A DNA stretch of 64,000 nt from Octopus vulgaris (GCA_951406725.2 OX597822.1:9424001-9488000), one strand, 5' to 3'. Counted from the stretch's first letter, positions 40,395 to 53,910 are shown. Program-made: numbers and translations. The notes: a model not told the origin generated them from the letters alone.

Positions 40395-41031
40395 GTTCTT
40401 ATTTTATCGACCCTGAAAGGATGAAAGACAAAGTAGAACGCGGCGGAATTTGAACTCAGAACATACCGTTTCTACCAGCTGCACACCTTTAACTTTTACA
40501 ACATCATCTTAAACCAGAGCATTGCATGATATCATCAGGCCCCCAAAATATTTTTCGGTCCTAGCTGATTTCCAGAACTTTAGACGATGTTGGCTGACTT
40601 CTAGAACAATTCCACTGTATTGAACGTCACAACTTTAACTGTTATAAAAATAAAAAGGCGGGCTGACACAGGTGTTGCCCGTCGATCAAAAATGATTAGC
40701 GATATTTCTTCGACACTTATTCTGCTGCGGTCGACTTCATCCTTTCGGGGCTGATAAACTAAGTACCAGTGAGATACTGGGGTCGATGTCATCGACTAGT
40801 TCCCTCCCTACAAATTTCAGGCCTTGTGCCTTTAGTAGAAAGGATATTTCTTCGGCACATTGCATTCTGAGTTCAAATTCCACCGAGGTCAACTTTGCTT
40901 TCTTCATCCCCCAGAGATCGAAGTATCATTCAAGTACTGAGCTTGATATGATCTACTTGGCCCTCCCATTGCTTTGTGCCAATATTAAAAAAAGAAGCCT
41001 TAGAGGCTGTGTAGTAACTAGCTTGTTTACG

Positions 41032-43298
41032 CCATTGCGCATGTGCGAATTAGAGTTATGTTTGACACCGAAGATGTATGACGTAGTTTTGAAAGCCGTC
41101 TTAAATTAAAGACTTGAACACTCAGCCGTAAGGTAAGAATTTTGGGGGTCTAGTGAGGACCTGTTGTATGTCGCAAATTATTTTTACAAGCAAGAAGTCC
41201 TCATTAGACACTAGTCTGCCTGAGGCTGAGTGAAAATATTCACTTAATTGTGAAAATTATTGGTTCGGTGGGCGTATCCTGCCAAAATTTTTGTTTGAAA
41301 ATAGTGCTGTTCCTGTGAGAAGAAAATTGGAATGATTTTTTAACTGTTTTACAATTGTGTTAAATTTTGGCCTGGAGTACCAAGGGGCCTTTGCTGTGGT
41401 TTGAACTGTTGCCCTCTCTTCTTCTATCTTTGATTTAAAAAAAAAAAAACTTTATTGAACTGTTAATTTTTTCTCTCCTTCCTTTTGTTTGGACTTTTTT
41501 CCTCTTCCTTCTTTTTCTTTAATTATTTTATATTTTAACAACTGTATTTTTGGACACTTTAAAAAAACATGGCAAATAACAATGAAAAGTTGGTGGAGTG
41601 GGAAATTACACCACCCCAAAAATGTTTAAAAGAACTTGAAAGTAAGACGGTGGTTTTGAGGACCTACTCTAGGACCCTCGATGACATTGCCGTTTTCAGA
41701 AAGGATATAATCGAAAGAGAGCTGGCAGAATTTAAGCCAGCGATTAAGTTTATCACTCGTGGGGTCAAATACGCAACCGTGTGGTTGCTGTTTGACTTCT
41801 CAGAAGTGGCCTGTGAATTTGCAAGTCAGCCCCTGGAGGGTAATGAAATTTTGTTACTTCCCATTTATTGTGGGAAGAGTTTGACGAGGGCTTGGGTTTG
41901 CGGCTTGCCCCAGTGGATAGGAGATACTATCCGCCGGGATCGGGTGGCAGTAGCACCAAGCTCCTCAGCGTAAATATTTTGCCTGCGGCTGACTGGGATG
42001 GGTCAAAAGCTGTTTTGACCCTATGGACCCAGTCAGCCGAAAGTCTGGTATTTCCAGACGTTTTGAGAATGGCCGGGTCTAAGTATCCGGTGAGTCTTGA
42101 GGGAACCCCCCACCAAGTGTCATCGGTGCTTGAAGCTTGGCCATATAAAAAATAACTGTTCTCAAGGGCAAAGCAAAGTCCCGGAGCGGTTGATGGAGAC
42201 CTCTGTAGAGGAGGAAGTGAAGGCGGCCGAAGAGACGGAGGACTCCTCAAAGAAGAGCCACAAGAGGAAGAAGGAGAGCAATAATGGCTGCTCACCGAAG
42301 GATCCTGGGGTTGAAGGAGGGAGGCGAATCTCCAGGTCACGGAGAAGACTCACCCTCCCTCAGTCGAGAAGAAAAAATGAGGAAGAGGAGGAGAAACGGG
42401 ACATTGCCGGCAGTCGGAGACATGACACCGGAGTGTCACGGAGCCTCGTCGGTTGTGCCGCCAACGGTAAAATTGACCGACCCGGACCCGATGGACCTGA
42501 AACTGATGGTCTTCTTTTATAGAGGCGGAGAAGTGGAAAAGATAGTGAAAGAACACTACGAGGGAATACCTTTGGCCTTCACACAGGATCCCGAATGGCC
42601 TCTGCAGATAGCTGTGGAGGTCATAACGTTGCGCCTGTTTATGATGCTGAAGTGACTAAAAGAAGAATGTCGCCCGTGGCCGGGTGACGCCAAGTCGGAG
42701 CCCGCCTTGATTTTAAACGAAGCATGGGCTATGACGGAATACACGGACACAAGCGATTATGAGGTGGAAAATTGACAAGAGGTTGAAAAGCCTCAGTGTT
42801 ATAATGTGTAAGAGGCTCAGCGCCTCATTTGTAAATGGACTAGTGTTGATTGTATATTGAATATTTCATTGTATATTATTGCATGTTATTGACTATTAAG
42901 TCCAATAATTGTAAGAACTGTAGTAAGATGTTCAATACCTCGTTGAGGTGAAAAATTGACAAGAGGTTGAAAAGCCTCACAGTTATAAAGTGTAAGAAGA
43001 CCAGCGCCTTATTTGTAAATGGACTAGTGTTGAATGTATATTGAATATTTTTTGCATGTTAATATTTGTAATGGACTATTAAGCCCCAAAACTGTAAAAA
43101 CTGTCGTGAGAGGTTCAATACCTCACATTGTTTATTCTGTTAAAAAAAAAAAGAACAATGTTTTAGAGAAGAAAATCGGTGGGCGTTTTTGCCTTCTCTC
43201 ATCAATATCATCCTTATTTCATCATTCACCTCATCAATGTATATGTCCAGCCCGCAGCTACTCTTTGTAATGCCTTTATAGCAAATTTTTATGAATTA
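41032..43298 (+). mobile_element. ORF1-only L1/Tx1-like non-LTR element inserted in a SINE family A head
   Basis: Single gag-like ORF with CCHC knuckle and no RT/EN. The SINE head 40995-41031 resumes at 43299 with a degenerate 16-bp duplication. Confidence 0.75.
41569..42775 (+). pseudogene. Gag-like ORF1 protein (about 400 aa) with CX2CX4HX4C zinc knuckle, frameshifted
   Basis: Stitched ORFs 41569, 41868, 42097 and 42284; CHRCLKLGHIKNNC preceded by YPVSLEG, followed by a charged low-complexity tail. Confidence 0.75.
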
Positions 43299-43667
43299 AA
43301 GTAGCTTCCTAATGAACCACATGGTTTCGGGTTCAGTCCACTGCGTGGCACCTTGGGCAAGTGTCTTCTACTATAGCCTCGGGCCGACCAAAGCCTTGTG
43401 AGGGGATTTGGTAGACGGAAACTGAAAGAAGCCTGTCATGTATGTGTGTGTGTGTGTCTGTGTGTGTCTGTGTTTGTCCCCCCAACATCGCTTGACAACC
43501 GATGCTGGTGTGTTTATGTCCCCGTTACTTAGCGGTTCGGCAAAAGAGACCGATAGAATAAGTACTAGGCTTACAAAGAATAAGTCCCGGGGTTGATTTG
43601 CTCGACTAAAGGCGGTGCTCCAGCATGGCCACAGTCAAATGACTGAAACAAGTAAAAGAGTAAAAGA
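43299..43667 (+). mobile_element. SINE family A, 3' portion of the interrupted copy
   Basis: AACCACATGG...CACCTTGGGCAAGTG...TGACTGAAACAAGTAAAAGAG. Confidence 0.9.
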
Positions 43668-44509
43668 AAGTCAAGATAAACGGTGCGAAAAGAATGCAAA
43701 GAAAAATAGTTAAACGAAAAGAAATCTGAAGAATATAAAAAAAGTAAAGTTAGAAGCCAGACAGAGGTAGAAACTTTAAAAAAATAAATAAGTAGGGTTT
43801 CGTTCTATGTATACCACACGCAATTTCTAGCTATATAACAGGAATAATATTCGACTCGATATAAAATGAATAATTTATTTTTATCTGAACGAATCGCTAG
43901 CTTTTTGAATGTATGAATTTTCAATTGCTTTTCAGTTTACGTATAACTGATTTTTTTTTCCTTTCGTATCAACTATTGCTCACCTAGAATATGACATGAG
44001 TGTTTGCAGTTGGGCTACCAACTCAACAACAACAACCAGAACAACAAAAGCAACAATAACTATAACAATAATAATGATTTCAAATTTTTGCCACAAGGTC
44101 AGCTTGAGGGAGGGAAATTAAGTCCATTACAATGACCCCGGTTCGTAACTGGTACTTATTTTATTGACCCCGAAAGGATGAAAAACAAAGTCGACCCCGG
44201 CAAAATTTTAACTCAGAAGGATGCTAATGATTCCACCAGCTTGCCGCCTTAATAATAATACTAACAACAACAAGAGCACTCAGAGAGCGTAAACCTCCGC
44301 CAAGGGAACACCAACGTCCTCTCAACGATTAGCCAGAGATGAGTTTTAAAATGAAAATATTTGAAATAAACTCGACTACTCTCACAAAGTCGACCTCGGC
44401 GGAATTTGAACTCAGAACGTAGCGACGAGCAAAATACCGGTAAGCATTTTGCCCGGTGTGCTAACGATTCTGCCAGCTCGCGACATTAATAATAATAAGA
44501 AGAAGTAGA

Positions 44510-46325
44510 ACAACGCCCGGGTAGGAAAGATCAGCTGCTTTGATAATCTAATTATCAGGAACTGTAAGAGAATGAACACAAACCTGAACATGGCATGGAT
44601 TGACTATCGTAAAGTATACTATTTGGTACCAGGCTGCAGGATAACAAGAACAATGGAAATGTGTGGAGTAGCAGAAAACATGAGAAGACATATATAAAAT
44701 AATATGAAATGCTGGAGAACTGAACTGACAGCAGGAAATCAGGTATTAGGAGAGGGGAAAATCAAGAGAGGAATCTTCCAGGGGGACAGTGTATCCCCAC
44801 TGATCTTTGTACTGGGAATGATCCCCTTGAGTGAAATACTACAGAATACAAAGATGGGCTATGATCTGAGAAGAGGTAAGGGAAAACTGAACCACTTGCT
44901 ATTCATGGACGAGGTGAAGTTGTTCAGAAAAAGTGAGGCAGGAGTGGACAACGTAGTCCAGTCTGTGCGGATGTTCTCCAATGATATTAAGATGGAATTT
45001 GGACACTTAAAATGTGCTACGAGGATGAGACGACGAAGGCATATGGACGCCAAGTGGCGAAACGATGAAGGCAATTGAACCTCAACCCAGTTATAAATAC
45101 CTGAGAATACTTGAGGCAGATGGAAGTAAACACAGCGATGCGTAAGAAAGGACGAAGTAAAAGTATCTGCGGTGAATGCAAAGGATATTGGCTTCAAAGC
45201 TGAATGCCAGAAACATAATTTCGGCAATAAACTCAGTAGTTCGGTATGGCGCTGGAATCCTGAAGTGGACAGAGGAGGAGCTAAAGGAGTTGGAAAGGAA
45301 GACAAGAAAGCTCCTAACGAAGCATAGAGCCCATCACCCACGTGCAGATACTGATCGCTTATACATGAAGAAAACAAATCGAGGAAGGGAACCGATAAGT
45401 GTGAAAGACTGCGCACATATCGAACTCGGGAGCTTTATGAGATACTTCTTCCAAAGTAAGGAAACTTTGCTATTGTCAGTTGGAAACGGGGGAGAATTGA
45501 AAACAGAGAAGAAGAAAAAGGATAATCAAAGGAAGAAATACAAAAAGGACTTGAAGAAGTATTACGCAAAATGGAAGCAATATATTAGCGGCACGAGACC
45601 AAGCTTTAGCCACGAATTGGAGGATCAACCTCAGGAATAAGTAAGTGTCTCCGCTGTGCCACATCTGTAATAGAGTGGATGAAACCATTGTCCATATCAC
45701 GAACGAATGCCCTAGACTTGCCCAAAACCACTACAAGTTGTTGCGACACGATTAGGTAGTGAAAGCGCTACTCTAGAACCTGTGCAAAAAGTGGGGGCTA
45801 GAGAGAGGCAAGACGTGGTATGAGCACAAACCGCAGAGAGTGGTGGAGTTGGAGACTTTCAAAATCCTATGGAATTTCTTAATCCAAACAGATCGTATTC
45901 TAGAGTATAACAGAACGGACCTAGTGATGGTCGACAAGATGCACAACATGTGCTATGATGTTGCGTGCCCCTTTGATCCAGAAATAGTCAAGAAGGAAAG
46001 TGAAAAATAGATAAATGTTAAGTACGAAATAGCCCGGCTATGGAAAATGAAGAAGGTGAAGATAGTGCCAATTATTGCTGGGTCCTTGGAGACAGTATCA
46101 AAAGGCATCAAGAGGAATATAAAGGAAATTGGAATAGAGTGCCCAGTAGAACTGTTACAAGAGGTTTGCCTCTTTGGCATGTCTAGAATAATCAGGAAAG
46201 TATTAGATAGTTGAAAAGAACAAATAGCGGGGTACTGTAGGCTGCAGGCAGAAAGCTCTCTATGCATACAAGACTTCAGGAGTTCCAACAAAACCTGTGA
46301 TAAAAAGAAAGAAAGAAAGAAAGAA
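44510..46325 (+). mobile_element. R4/Dong-like RLE LINE, 5'-truncated and decayed (RT, CCHC, RLE)
   Basis: AWIDYRK, KRGIFQGDSVSPLIF, NHLLFMDEVKLF, CHICNRVDETIVHITNEC...RHD, ILWNFLIQTD...DVACPFD; preceded by (AAT)n. Confidence 0.9.
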
Positions 46326-46369
46326 AGAACGAAAGAAGAATGATAATAATTTGCAGAAAATAGTAATAG

Positions 46370-46700
46370 TGAATCATGGTTGTGGTTGCAAAAAAGAAAG
46401 GCTGAAAATGGAAAGAAAGTTTGTTAGCAACAGTACACAATCAAGTATTGGGGACTAATTGGATAAAAGCCAAGATAGATAAAAAGCAGATGGATTCCCA
46501 ATGTAGGTTATGTAAATCAAATGAGGAAAGTGTTACTCACATAATTAGTGAATGTAATATGCTGGCATAGAAAGAATAAAAGATAACACATAACAACCTG
46601 GGGAGAATAATCCATTGTGAGTTATGTAAAAAAAAACTAGGATGTGACCATGCTGGTGAGTGGTATGAACATGAACCTAGTAAAGTGCTGGAGAACGATT
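46370..46700 (+). mobile_element. Second R4/Dong-like fragment (CCHC region)
   Basis: CRLCKSNEESVTHIISEC...HNNLGRIIH...WYEHEPSKVLEND. Confidence 0.8.
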
Positions 46701-46851
46701 ACCACTCATGTAAATATATTTTTTTATACATAAGTTCTTTTGATTTTGTAAATGTGTTTATTTCAATGGCCTACCAATGAGTTTCTTTGCCCTAGTTGCC
46801 GGGATGACACTCGGCAAGAAATGAAAAAAAAAATTGCAAGAAGAATAAAAA

Positions 46852-46896
<45 letters not shown>

Positions 46897-46908
46897 TTAA
46901 TAATAATA

Positions 46909-47442
46909 CGTGGCTCTCATGGCTTCTGATCCTAACTGATTGGAAGTGTTATCATGTACATTGTTTTGTCTTGGTATAAAAGATGGACTACAGCAAATAT
47001 TCTGCTCAATATCACAGATTTGCTTGTCAGTTGTTGGACCTTAACCAGTTGAGCATGTCCCTTAGTGGCTGACGATATGTGCATCTCTGATCACGAGCAG
47101 AAGTAGTGGGGGAGTATCATAGCCATGTGTTGAGAGGGATTCTTTGGGGTTTGAATAATTTACCTTTGGAAACATGGGTGTTTCGTTCAACATCCTTAAA
47201 CAACCCTTATTCAGGGACCTTTTGAGCGGGATGGGCTACTCAACCTGAAGAAAATTCTAACTGTGCCCCACCTGCAAGGTCATGTGCTGTTTATCTTGAT
47301 ATGAGATCACCATGTCGCGCACATATGGTTGTGATGCATGTGCCTAGTGTACCCTTATCAGACGGGTAGTCATGATGGGTATACTGGGCTTCGTATATTT
47401 TACCCCAGTGTCACTTTGATGGCATGCACTGCTCTCTCACTC

Positions 47443-47443
<1 letters not shown>
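46909..47443 (+). mobile_element. (TAA)n-associated family D, copy 2 (most complete 3' end)
   Basis: Flanked by (AAT)n on both sides; ends CTCTCTCACTC-(AAT)n. Confidence 0.85.
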
Positions 47444-47495
<52 letters not shown>

Positions 47496-47858
47496 GCCCT
47501 GATGCAGTACCGGGCATGGCTCCATTGGCTTCTGATCTTAACTGTTTGCAAGTGTTATCATGTCTATGTTTAGTCTTAGTGTAAAAGATGGGCTACAACA
47601 AATATTCTGCTCAATACCACAGGTTTGCTAGTCAGTTGCTTGACCTTAACCAGTTGAGTATGTTCCTTAGTGACTGACAATATGTGCATCTTTGATCATG
47701 TGCAGGAGTAGTGGGGGAGCATCATAGCCATGTGTTGAGAGGAATTATTTGGGGTTTGAATAATTCACCTCGGGAAACACAGGTGTTTTGTTCATCATTA
47801 AACAACCCTTATTCAGAGACCTTTTGAGCGGGATGGGCTACTTGACCTAAAGAAATCT
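47496..47858 (+). mobile_element. Family D, copy 3 (5' portion)
   Basis: Direct repeat of 46909-47255 following (AAT)n. Confidence 0.85.
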
Positions 47859-47929
47859 CAATGATAATGATTCTTTGAAATTTTTACGCAAGGCCAACAA
47901 TTTTGAGGGCAGGAGATATTCTATCGATA

Positions 47930-48082
47930 TTATTTACATTATCGTTATTTACATTTGGCGGATATTTGTCCTCATCTTGTTTGTTGTTAACACAACGTTT
48001 CGGCTGATATACCATCCAGCCTTTATCAGGTGTCTTGGGGGAAATTTCGAACATGGGTTCTCATTCCTTAGGTATTTTTCGA

Positions 48083-48171
<89 letters not shown>

Positions 48172-48378
48172 TTACTGCTTGGAATCAAACTCAGAAACAT
48201 GGGGTTTGTAGCCCGCGCTCTTAACCACTACACCATATGCCCACGGACGTATAGCATAATAATAATGATATTAATAATAATATTAATAATCGTTGTGTTA
48301 GCAACAAACAAGATGAGGAGAAATATCAGTCAAATGTAAACAATGTACATAATTCCTCATCTCTTAAATATAGAACTG
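47930..48378 (-). mobile_element. tRNA-headed hammerhead SINE (family E), copy 2, nested in a family B SINE
   Basis: tRNA head 48243-48170 (-), HHR-like 47989-48034 (-), inverted 3' copy 48291-48378 (+). Confidence 0.8.
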
Positions 48379-48501
48379 TAGTCTATCGACATTGAAAGGG
48401 TGAAAGACGGCGTTGTCTTTGGCGGGATTTGCGCTCAGATCGTAAAATGAATGAAGAAATACGGCGTGACATTTTGTCCGACACGCTAAAGATTCATCTA
48501 T

Positions 48502-48899
48502 TCTTTATATATAAAAGAGAGGTTGTGTGCTGTCTGTCTCCTACGATTTAGATTCCTAACTACTCCCACATTTTGCGGTGCAGTTTAACCAAAACCGGGT
48601 ATCTTATAGTCGTGATTCATATCGAGCCCTTCTGGGTATTAGCGCGCGTCTACGATGAGTCTACGATTTTTAAAAGAATTTACCATAAATTTTTCCCATT
48701 TTTAATGCATTTTTGGCATATATAAGGGAAGTAACTCTCTAAAAATGTATTATTAAATCTCAGAACGTAAAAAGCTACAGTAACCCCCACCCCCTTTGTG
48801 GTTAGCCATATTGAGATGGCTATTATACTTTACATCTCTAAAAATGCTTATATAGTTATTTCCCTTACAAACCCGAGCAACGCCGGGCGATACTGCTAG
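48502..48899 (+). mobile_element. Non-autonomous Helitron-like element, copy 2
   Basis: TCTTTATATATAAA start; CCCGAGCAACGCCGGG hairpin and CTAG|T end. Confidence 0.85.
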
Positions 48900-49482
48900 T
48901 TCATAATAATTATTTCTAACATCAACATAAATCCTAAAATGCTGGAGGATGGCGTTTACATTAATACATTATATGGTTAGTCTACATCACTACGGTTTCC
49001 CGATTTCTCTGACGTAAACACACCTCCCTGGATGGGACGCTAGTCCGTCGCAGTAATATTAATTTTTATCAACTGGGTAAACTAGAGCAACATGAAATGA
49101 AGTGTTTTACTCACGAACAAACGTATCGCCCGTTCCAGGAATCGAAACAATGTCACAGTCATGAACACAACACTTTAACCACTAAGCCATGCGCTTCTAC
49201 GATTCATGACTTGACTGGTTACTTTATTTTATTGACTCCCTAACGGATTAAAGTGGACCTTGGCATGATTTGAGGTCAAACTACGCTTTTTGCCCTTTCG
49301 AGGTTGGTAAAAAAAAAGTAGCAGTCAACTACTGGAGTAAATGAAACGCCTCACCTAAATTTTTCAAACCTCTGCAGGAAACAACAATAAAAAACAAACA
49401 CCACCAGTACCAACAACAAAAGCAACAATAGGGATATAACAAAGGCTATAAAAACAGAATTCAAGAAAATAGATTTATAGAT

Positions 49483-49894
49483 TTCGGCAAAAGAGACCGA
49501 TAGAATAAGTACTAGGCTTACAAAGAATAAGTCCTGGGATCGATTTGCTCGACTAAAGGCGGTGCTCCAGCATGGTCGCAGTCAAATGACTCAAACAAGT
49601 AAGAGAGAAAGAGAGTTCTCGATAGCGAGGCAGTCCACCAAGAGAGATGATGATGATGATAATGATGACACTCTCTTTACTCTTTTACTTGTTTCAGTCA
49701 TTTGACTGCGGCCATGCTAGAGTACCGCCTTTAGTCCAGCAAATCGACCCCGGGACTTATTCTTTGTAAGCCCAGGACTTATTCTATCGGTCTCTTTTGC
49801 CGAATCGCTAAGTGACGGGGACATAAACACACCAGCATCAGTTATCAAGCAATGCTAGATGAAGAAACACAGATACACAAACATACACACACAA

Positions 49895-49953
<59 letters not shown>

Positions 49954-50088
49954 ACGGACTTCTTTGAGATTCCGTCTACCAAATCCACTCACAAGGCGTT
50001 TGTAGAGGACACCTGCCCAAGATGCCAGGCAGTGAGACTGAACCTGGAACCATGTGATTGATAAGCAATCTACTTATCTCCTGCGCCT
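49483..50088. mobile_element. SINE family A 3' fragment (+, 49483-49612) and near-full copy (-, 49670-50088)
   Basis: Family A tail motifs in both orientations. Confidence 0.85.
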
Positions 50089-50127
50089 GCTGCTGCTGAT
50101 GATGATAACAATATAATGCAACAACAG

Positions 50128-50608
50128 TCAGTGACTCTCATGGTTTCTGGTCTTAACTGACCGGAAGTGATGGGCTACAGCTAATATTCTGCTCAAATAC
50201 TACAGATTTGTTTATCAGTTGCTTGACCTTAACCAGTTGAGTATTCACTTAGAGTTTGACGATATGTGCATCTCTGATCCATAGTTGAAGTAGTGGGGAG
50301 GGAGCATCATAGCAATGCGTTGAGAGGGATTCTTTGGAGTTTGAATAATTCCCCTTTGTTTCGTACATCCTCCTTAAACAACCCTTTGGGTGAGATTGGT
50401 TACTCGACCAGAAGAAAATTCTAACTGAACCCCACCTGCAAGGTCAATCGCTGTTTATCTTGATATGAGATCACCATGTCATGCACACATGGTTGTGACG
50501 CATGTGGCTGGTGTACCCATATCAGACGGGTAGACATGATGGGTATACTGGGCTTCGTATATTTTTACCCCAGTGTTACTTTGACGGCATGCTCTGCTCT
50601 CTCACTCA
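50128..50608 (+). mobile_element. Family D, copy 4
   Basis: Colinear with 46909-47443; ends CTCTCTCACTC-(AAT)n. Confidence 0.85.
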
Positions 50609-50624
50609 ATAATAATAATAGTCA

Positions 50625-50840
50625 TTTCTACTATAGTCACAAGACCTGGATTTTCGGGGAAGGGGAACAGTCGATAATACATCGACCCCAGTGTTTCACT
50701 GGTACTTAATTTATCGACCCCGAGAGGATGAAAGGCAAAGTCGACCTTGGCGGAATTTGAACTCAGAACGTAGCGGCAGACGGAATACCGGTAAGCATTT
50801 CGCCCGGCGTGCTAACGTTTCTGCCAGCTCGCCGTCTTAA
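50625..50840 (-). mobile_element. SINE family B
   Basis: Reverse complement of the family B head and core. Confidence 0.85.
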
Positions 50841-51531
50841 TATTAGCAACAACAACAACAATAATAAAAATAATATTAATAATGATTATGAGGATAATAA
50901 TAATAATGATGAAACTTTTAGTAAAATCTAATTTTCGTAAAGTAATAAGAAAATATTTTGGTTCTGTTTCACTAAATAATTTTTGATAAAAATAAAAACG
51001 AAATTTCTCGTTTAAGTAATTTCAGCAGAGATTTTTTCTTGCTTAATTAATAATCAAGCAAGGAAATAAAACTAAAAAAAGAAAAACTAGTGGTTTATAA
51101 TTTATTAGCGGTTCTATATGTTAGCTGGGTGGATAGACAGGTAATGATGCATACGAATTATAAAATTTGCATAATTATCATATACTGTAAAAAGAAAAAA
51201 AACAGCATTTTAACCATTTCTAATACAACTTCACATTTTAGTTTAATATAACTGGCATATCTTGTTAATATTCGATAAAGAAGATGCCCGAAGAATGGTA
51301 ATTGGCAAGGTTCTTAAAAATACAATACACTTGGCACTGAAGAGTTAGTTTTCGGTCAGTTGATAACGGTCATAATTTAACTGATTAATTACAGTTGTTG
51401 ATATGATATGTTGAAAATTAGAAAAATAATAAACATAAAAAAATAATTGCCTATCTGTTTTTTTTCGTTATTTATGTCTTTTACTTATTTCAGTCATTAG
51501 ACTGCGGCCACGCTGAGGCACTGCCTTGAAG

Positions 51532-51581
<50 letters not shown>

Positions 51582-52341
51582 AAATTATGTAATCGTTTTT
51601 TATTTCGTATATTTTCATTTGTCTTGCTTTTTTTTACATTTTGTTTTTTTTTTACTGATATTTTTCTTGAGAACACATTCTTCGTGATAATGGCGATTTG
51701 ATGTCTATGTTTAGCATATTGGCTGTCCACTTTTAGTGGTCAGTCCTCTAAATTTTGTATGTGAAACAATTTTTAATCTTCGGATTTTTAAAAAAAATGT
51801 GCTAAGCCACTGGTTTTAATTGATTAATATCAATTTCTACCCTTATTTAATTTTATATATATGTATATAATATATATATATATATATATATGGTCATACT
51901 GCTGCTGCTAGGACTGCCACAACTTAACCGCTACAACCAATAAGCTGCTGCAACCCCAACCACCACCACGGTTACTACTACTAAAACCAACAATCACTAC
52001 TGCTGCTACCATTCCATTGGAACACAAGGAAACAAAAAAAACAAGCACGCGGTTCCTTTTGATACCAGCAAGAAACAATAATGAACTCCTTTACTACACT
52101 CAACTTGAAATTTATAGCTATTATACCTACTACCGACAAAACACCACCACATGGATTCTATTGAGACCAGTAAGAAACGATTATGAACTTTTCTATTACA
52201 CTTTTCTTTTTATAATATTTTTGATAAGGTTCGTTTTTTCAAGAACCGAAACATGTAAAATTCATAAGAAAATTAAAATTTATCTAATATAGTGGCGTTT
52301 TCAAACTTCTTTTTTACAAATATATACCCACTCGTATACGA

Positions 52342-52350
52342 TCTACTCCT

Positions 52351-52400
<50 letters not shown>

Positions 52401-52915
52401 TACCGTGCAGAAGTCTTCGGTCACTTTAAACAGTTGTGGATTTCAACTGATTGCCAACTTATAAGTGGATGTTTGGCATCGTATTTTTTACAAGCTAAGG
52501 GAATCCACACGAAATATTAATATTATACAGTAACTTCTTGAAATGAACATTAATGTTATAAATTTTCATAATAGACATTTTTCTGTTCTAAAATGTTGTT
52601 TCTTCATTAGATTAGGTGATGTGGCTGAAAACGTTGGCATGGTCATTTTTGGTGGTCATCTCGCATCCTTCCCTCACATTCAGAATCCTTACTACAAAAT
52701 ATAATGATTAAGTATGGAAATGAATCCAACAGGGCCAATGTTTCGTGTGTAAAAAAAACGCAATGCGAAACATCCTCTCATAAGTTGGCAATTAGTAGAA
52801 ATTTATATTATTCCATTAACTATATATCAGCTGTGCCCATTCTGCCCATAAGAAAGGAGCAAATAATACAATGTGGTTGTAGGTCATAACGACCGGGCAA
52901 CGCCGGATTGCATTG

Positions 52916-52919
<4 letters not shown>
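52342..52919 (+). mobile_element. Second Helitron-like family, possibly containing a Tc1-like MITE (52398-52645)
   Basis: A|TCTACT start; CCGGGCAACGCCGG hairpin and CTAG|T end; internal TA|CAGT... with a loose inverted end. Confidence 0.55.
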
Positions 52920-52960
<41 letters not shown>

Positions 52961-53067
52961 TTCTTGACTGAAGATTGAAGGCTTCAAATATCCAGTCCGT
53001 GTTTTTTGTATCGTCTTCTAAATGTTTTGCGTTCTTGTCCCAGTTTGTATTTTATATATATATATAT

Positions 53068-53447
53068 GCTCTTTTGCTTGTTTCAGTCATTTGACTGCGG
53101 CCATGCTGAAGCACCGCCTTTAGTCGAGCAAATCGACCCCGGGACTTATTCTTTGTAAGCCCAGTACTTATTCTATCGGTTTCTTTCTGCCGAACCGCTA
53201 AGTGACGGGGACGTAAACACACCAGCATCGGTTGTCAAGCAATGCTAGGGGGACAAACACACATACATATATATACATATACACGACAGGCTTCTTTCAG
53301 TTTCCGTCTACCAAATCCACTCACAAGGCATTGGTTTGCCCGGGGCTATAGCAGAAGACACTTGCCCAAGATGCCACGCAGTGGGACTGAACCCGGAACC
53401 ATGTGGCTGGTTAGCAAGCTACTTACCACACAGCCACTCCTGCGCCT
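53068..53447 (-). mobile_element. SINE family A, full length
   Basis: Reverse complement of 61720-62120. Confidence 0.9.
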
Positions 53448-53854
53448 ATATATATATATAGCGGCGTACGTACCTTCTCTCTTATATGTAAGTACACATT
53501 TCTCTGAACTTGGTACGACTCTACAACACTGCTTCTCTAGCGCCTCTCCTACACTTCTTTGCCTTTCTTACTTTGCACTTCACTTTGTCCCTGTCTCTTT
53601 TTCTCGCTCTCTCTCTTCTCCTCCTCCTCCTTAATTCCTTGTTTCTCTCTCTTCTCCCCCTCCTTAATTCCCCTGTCCCTCTTTTCCTCTCTCTTCTCTT
53701 CACACTTGACTGACTGCGCGACTACTGGCCTTTTGGATTTGGCAGCGGTCGTGGCAACATCAACATTTTTTTCTCTACCCCAAGGCACATTCCTAACACG
53801 CCAGTTGTGTTTAATTCATTTCAGTCGAAAGACGCCTGTTGTGATGTCCCGTTA

Positions 53855-53910
<56 letters not shown>

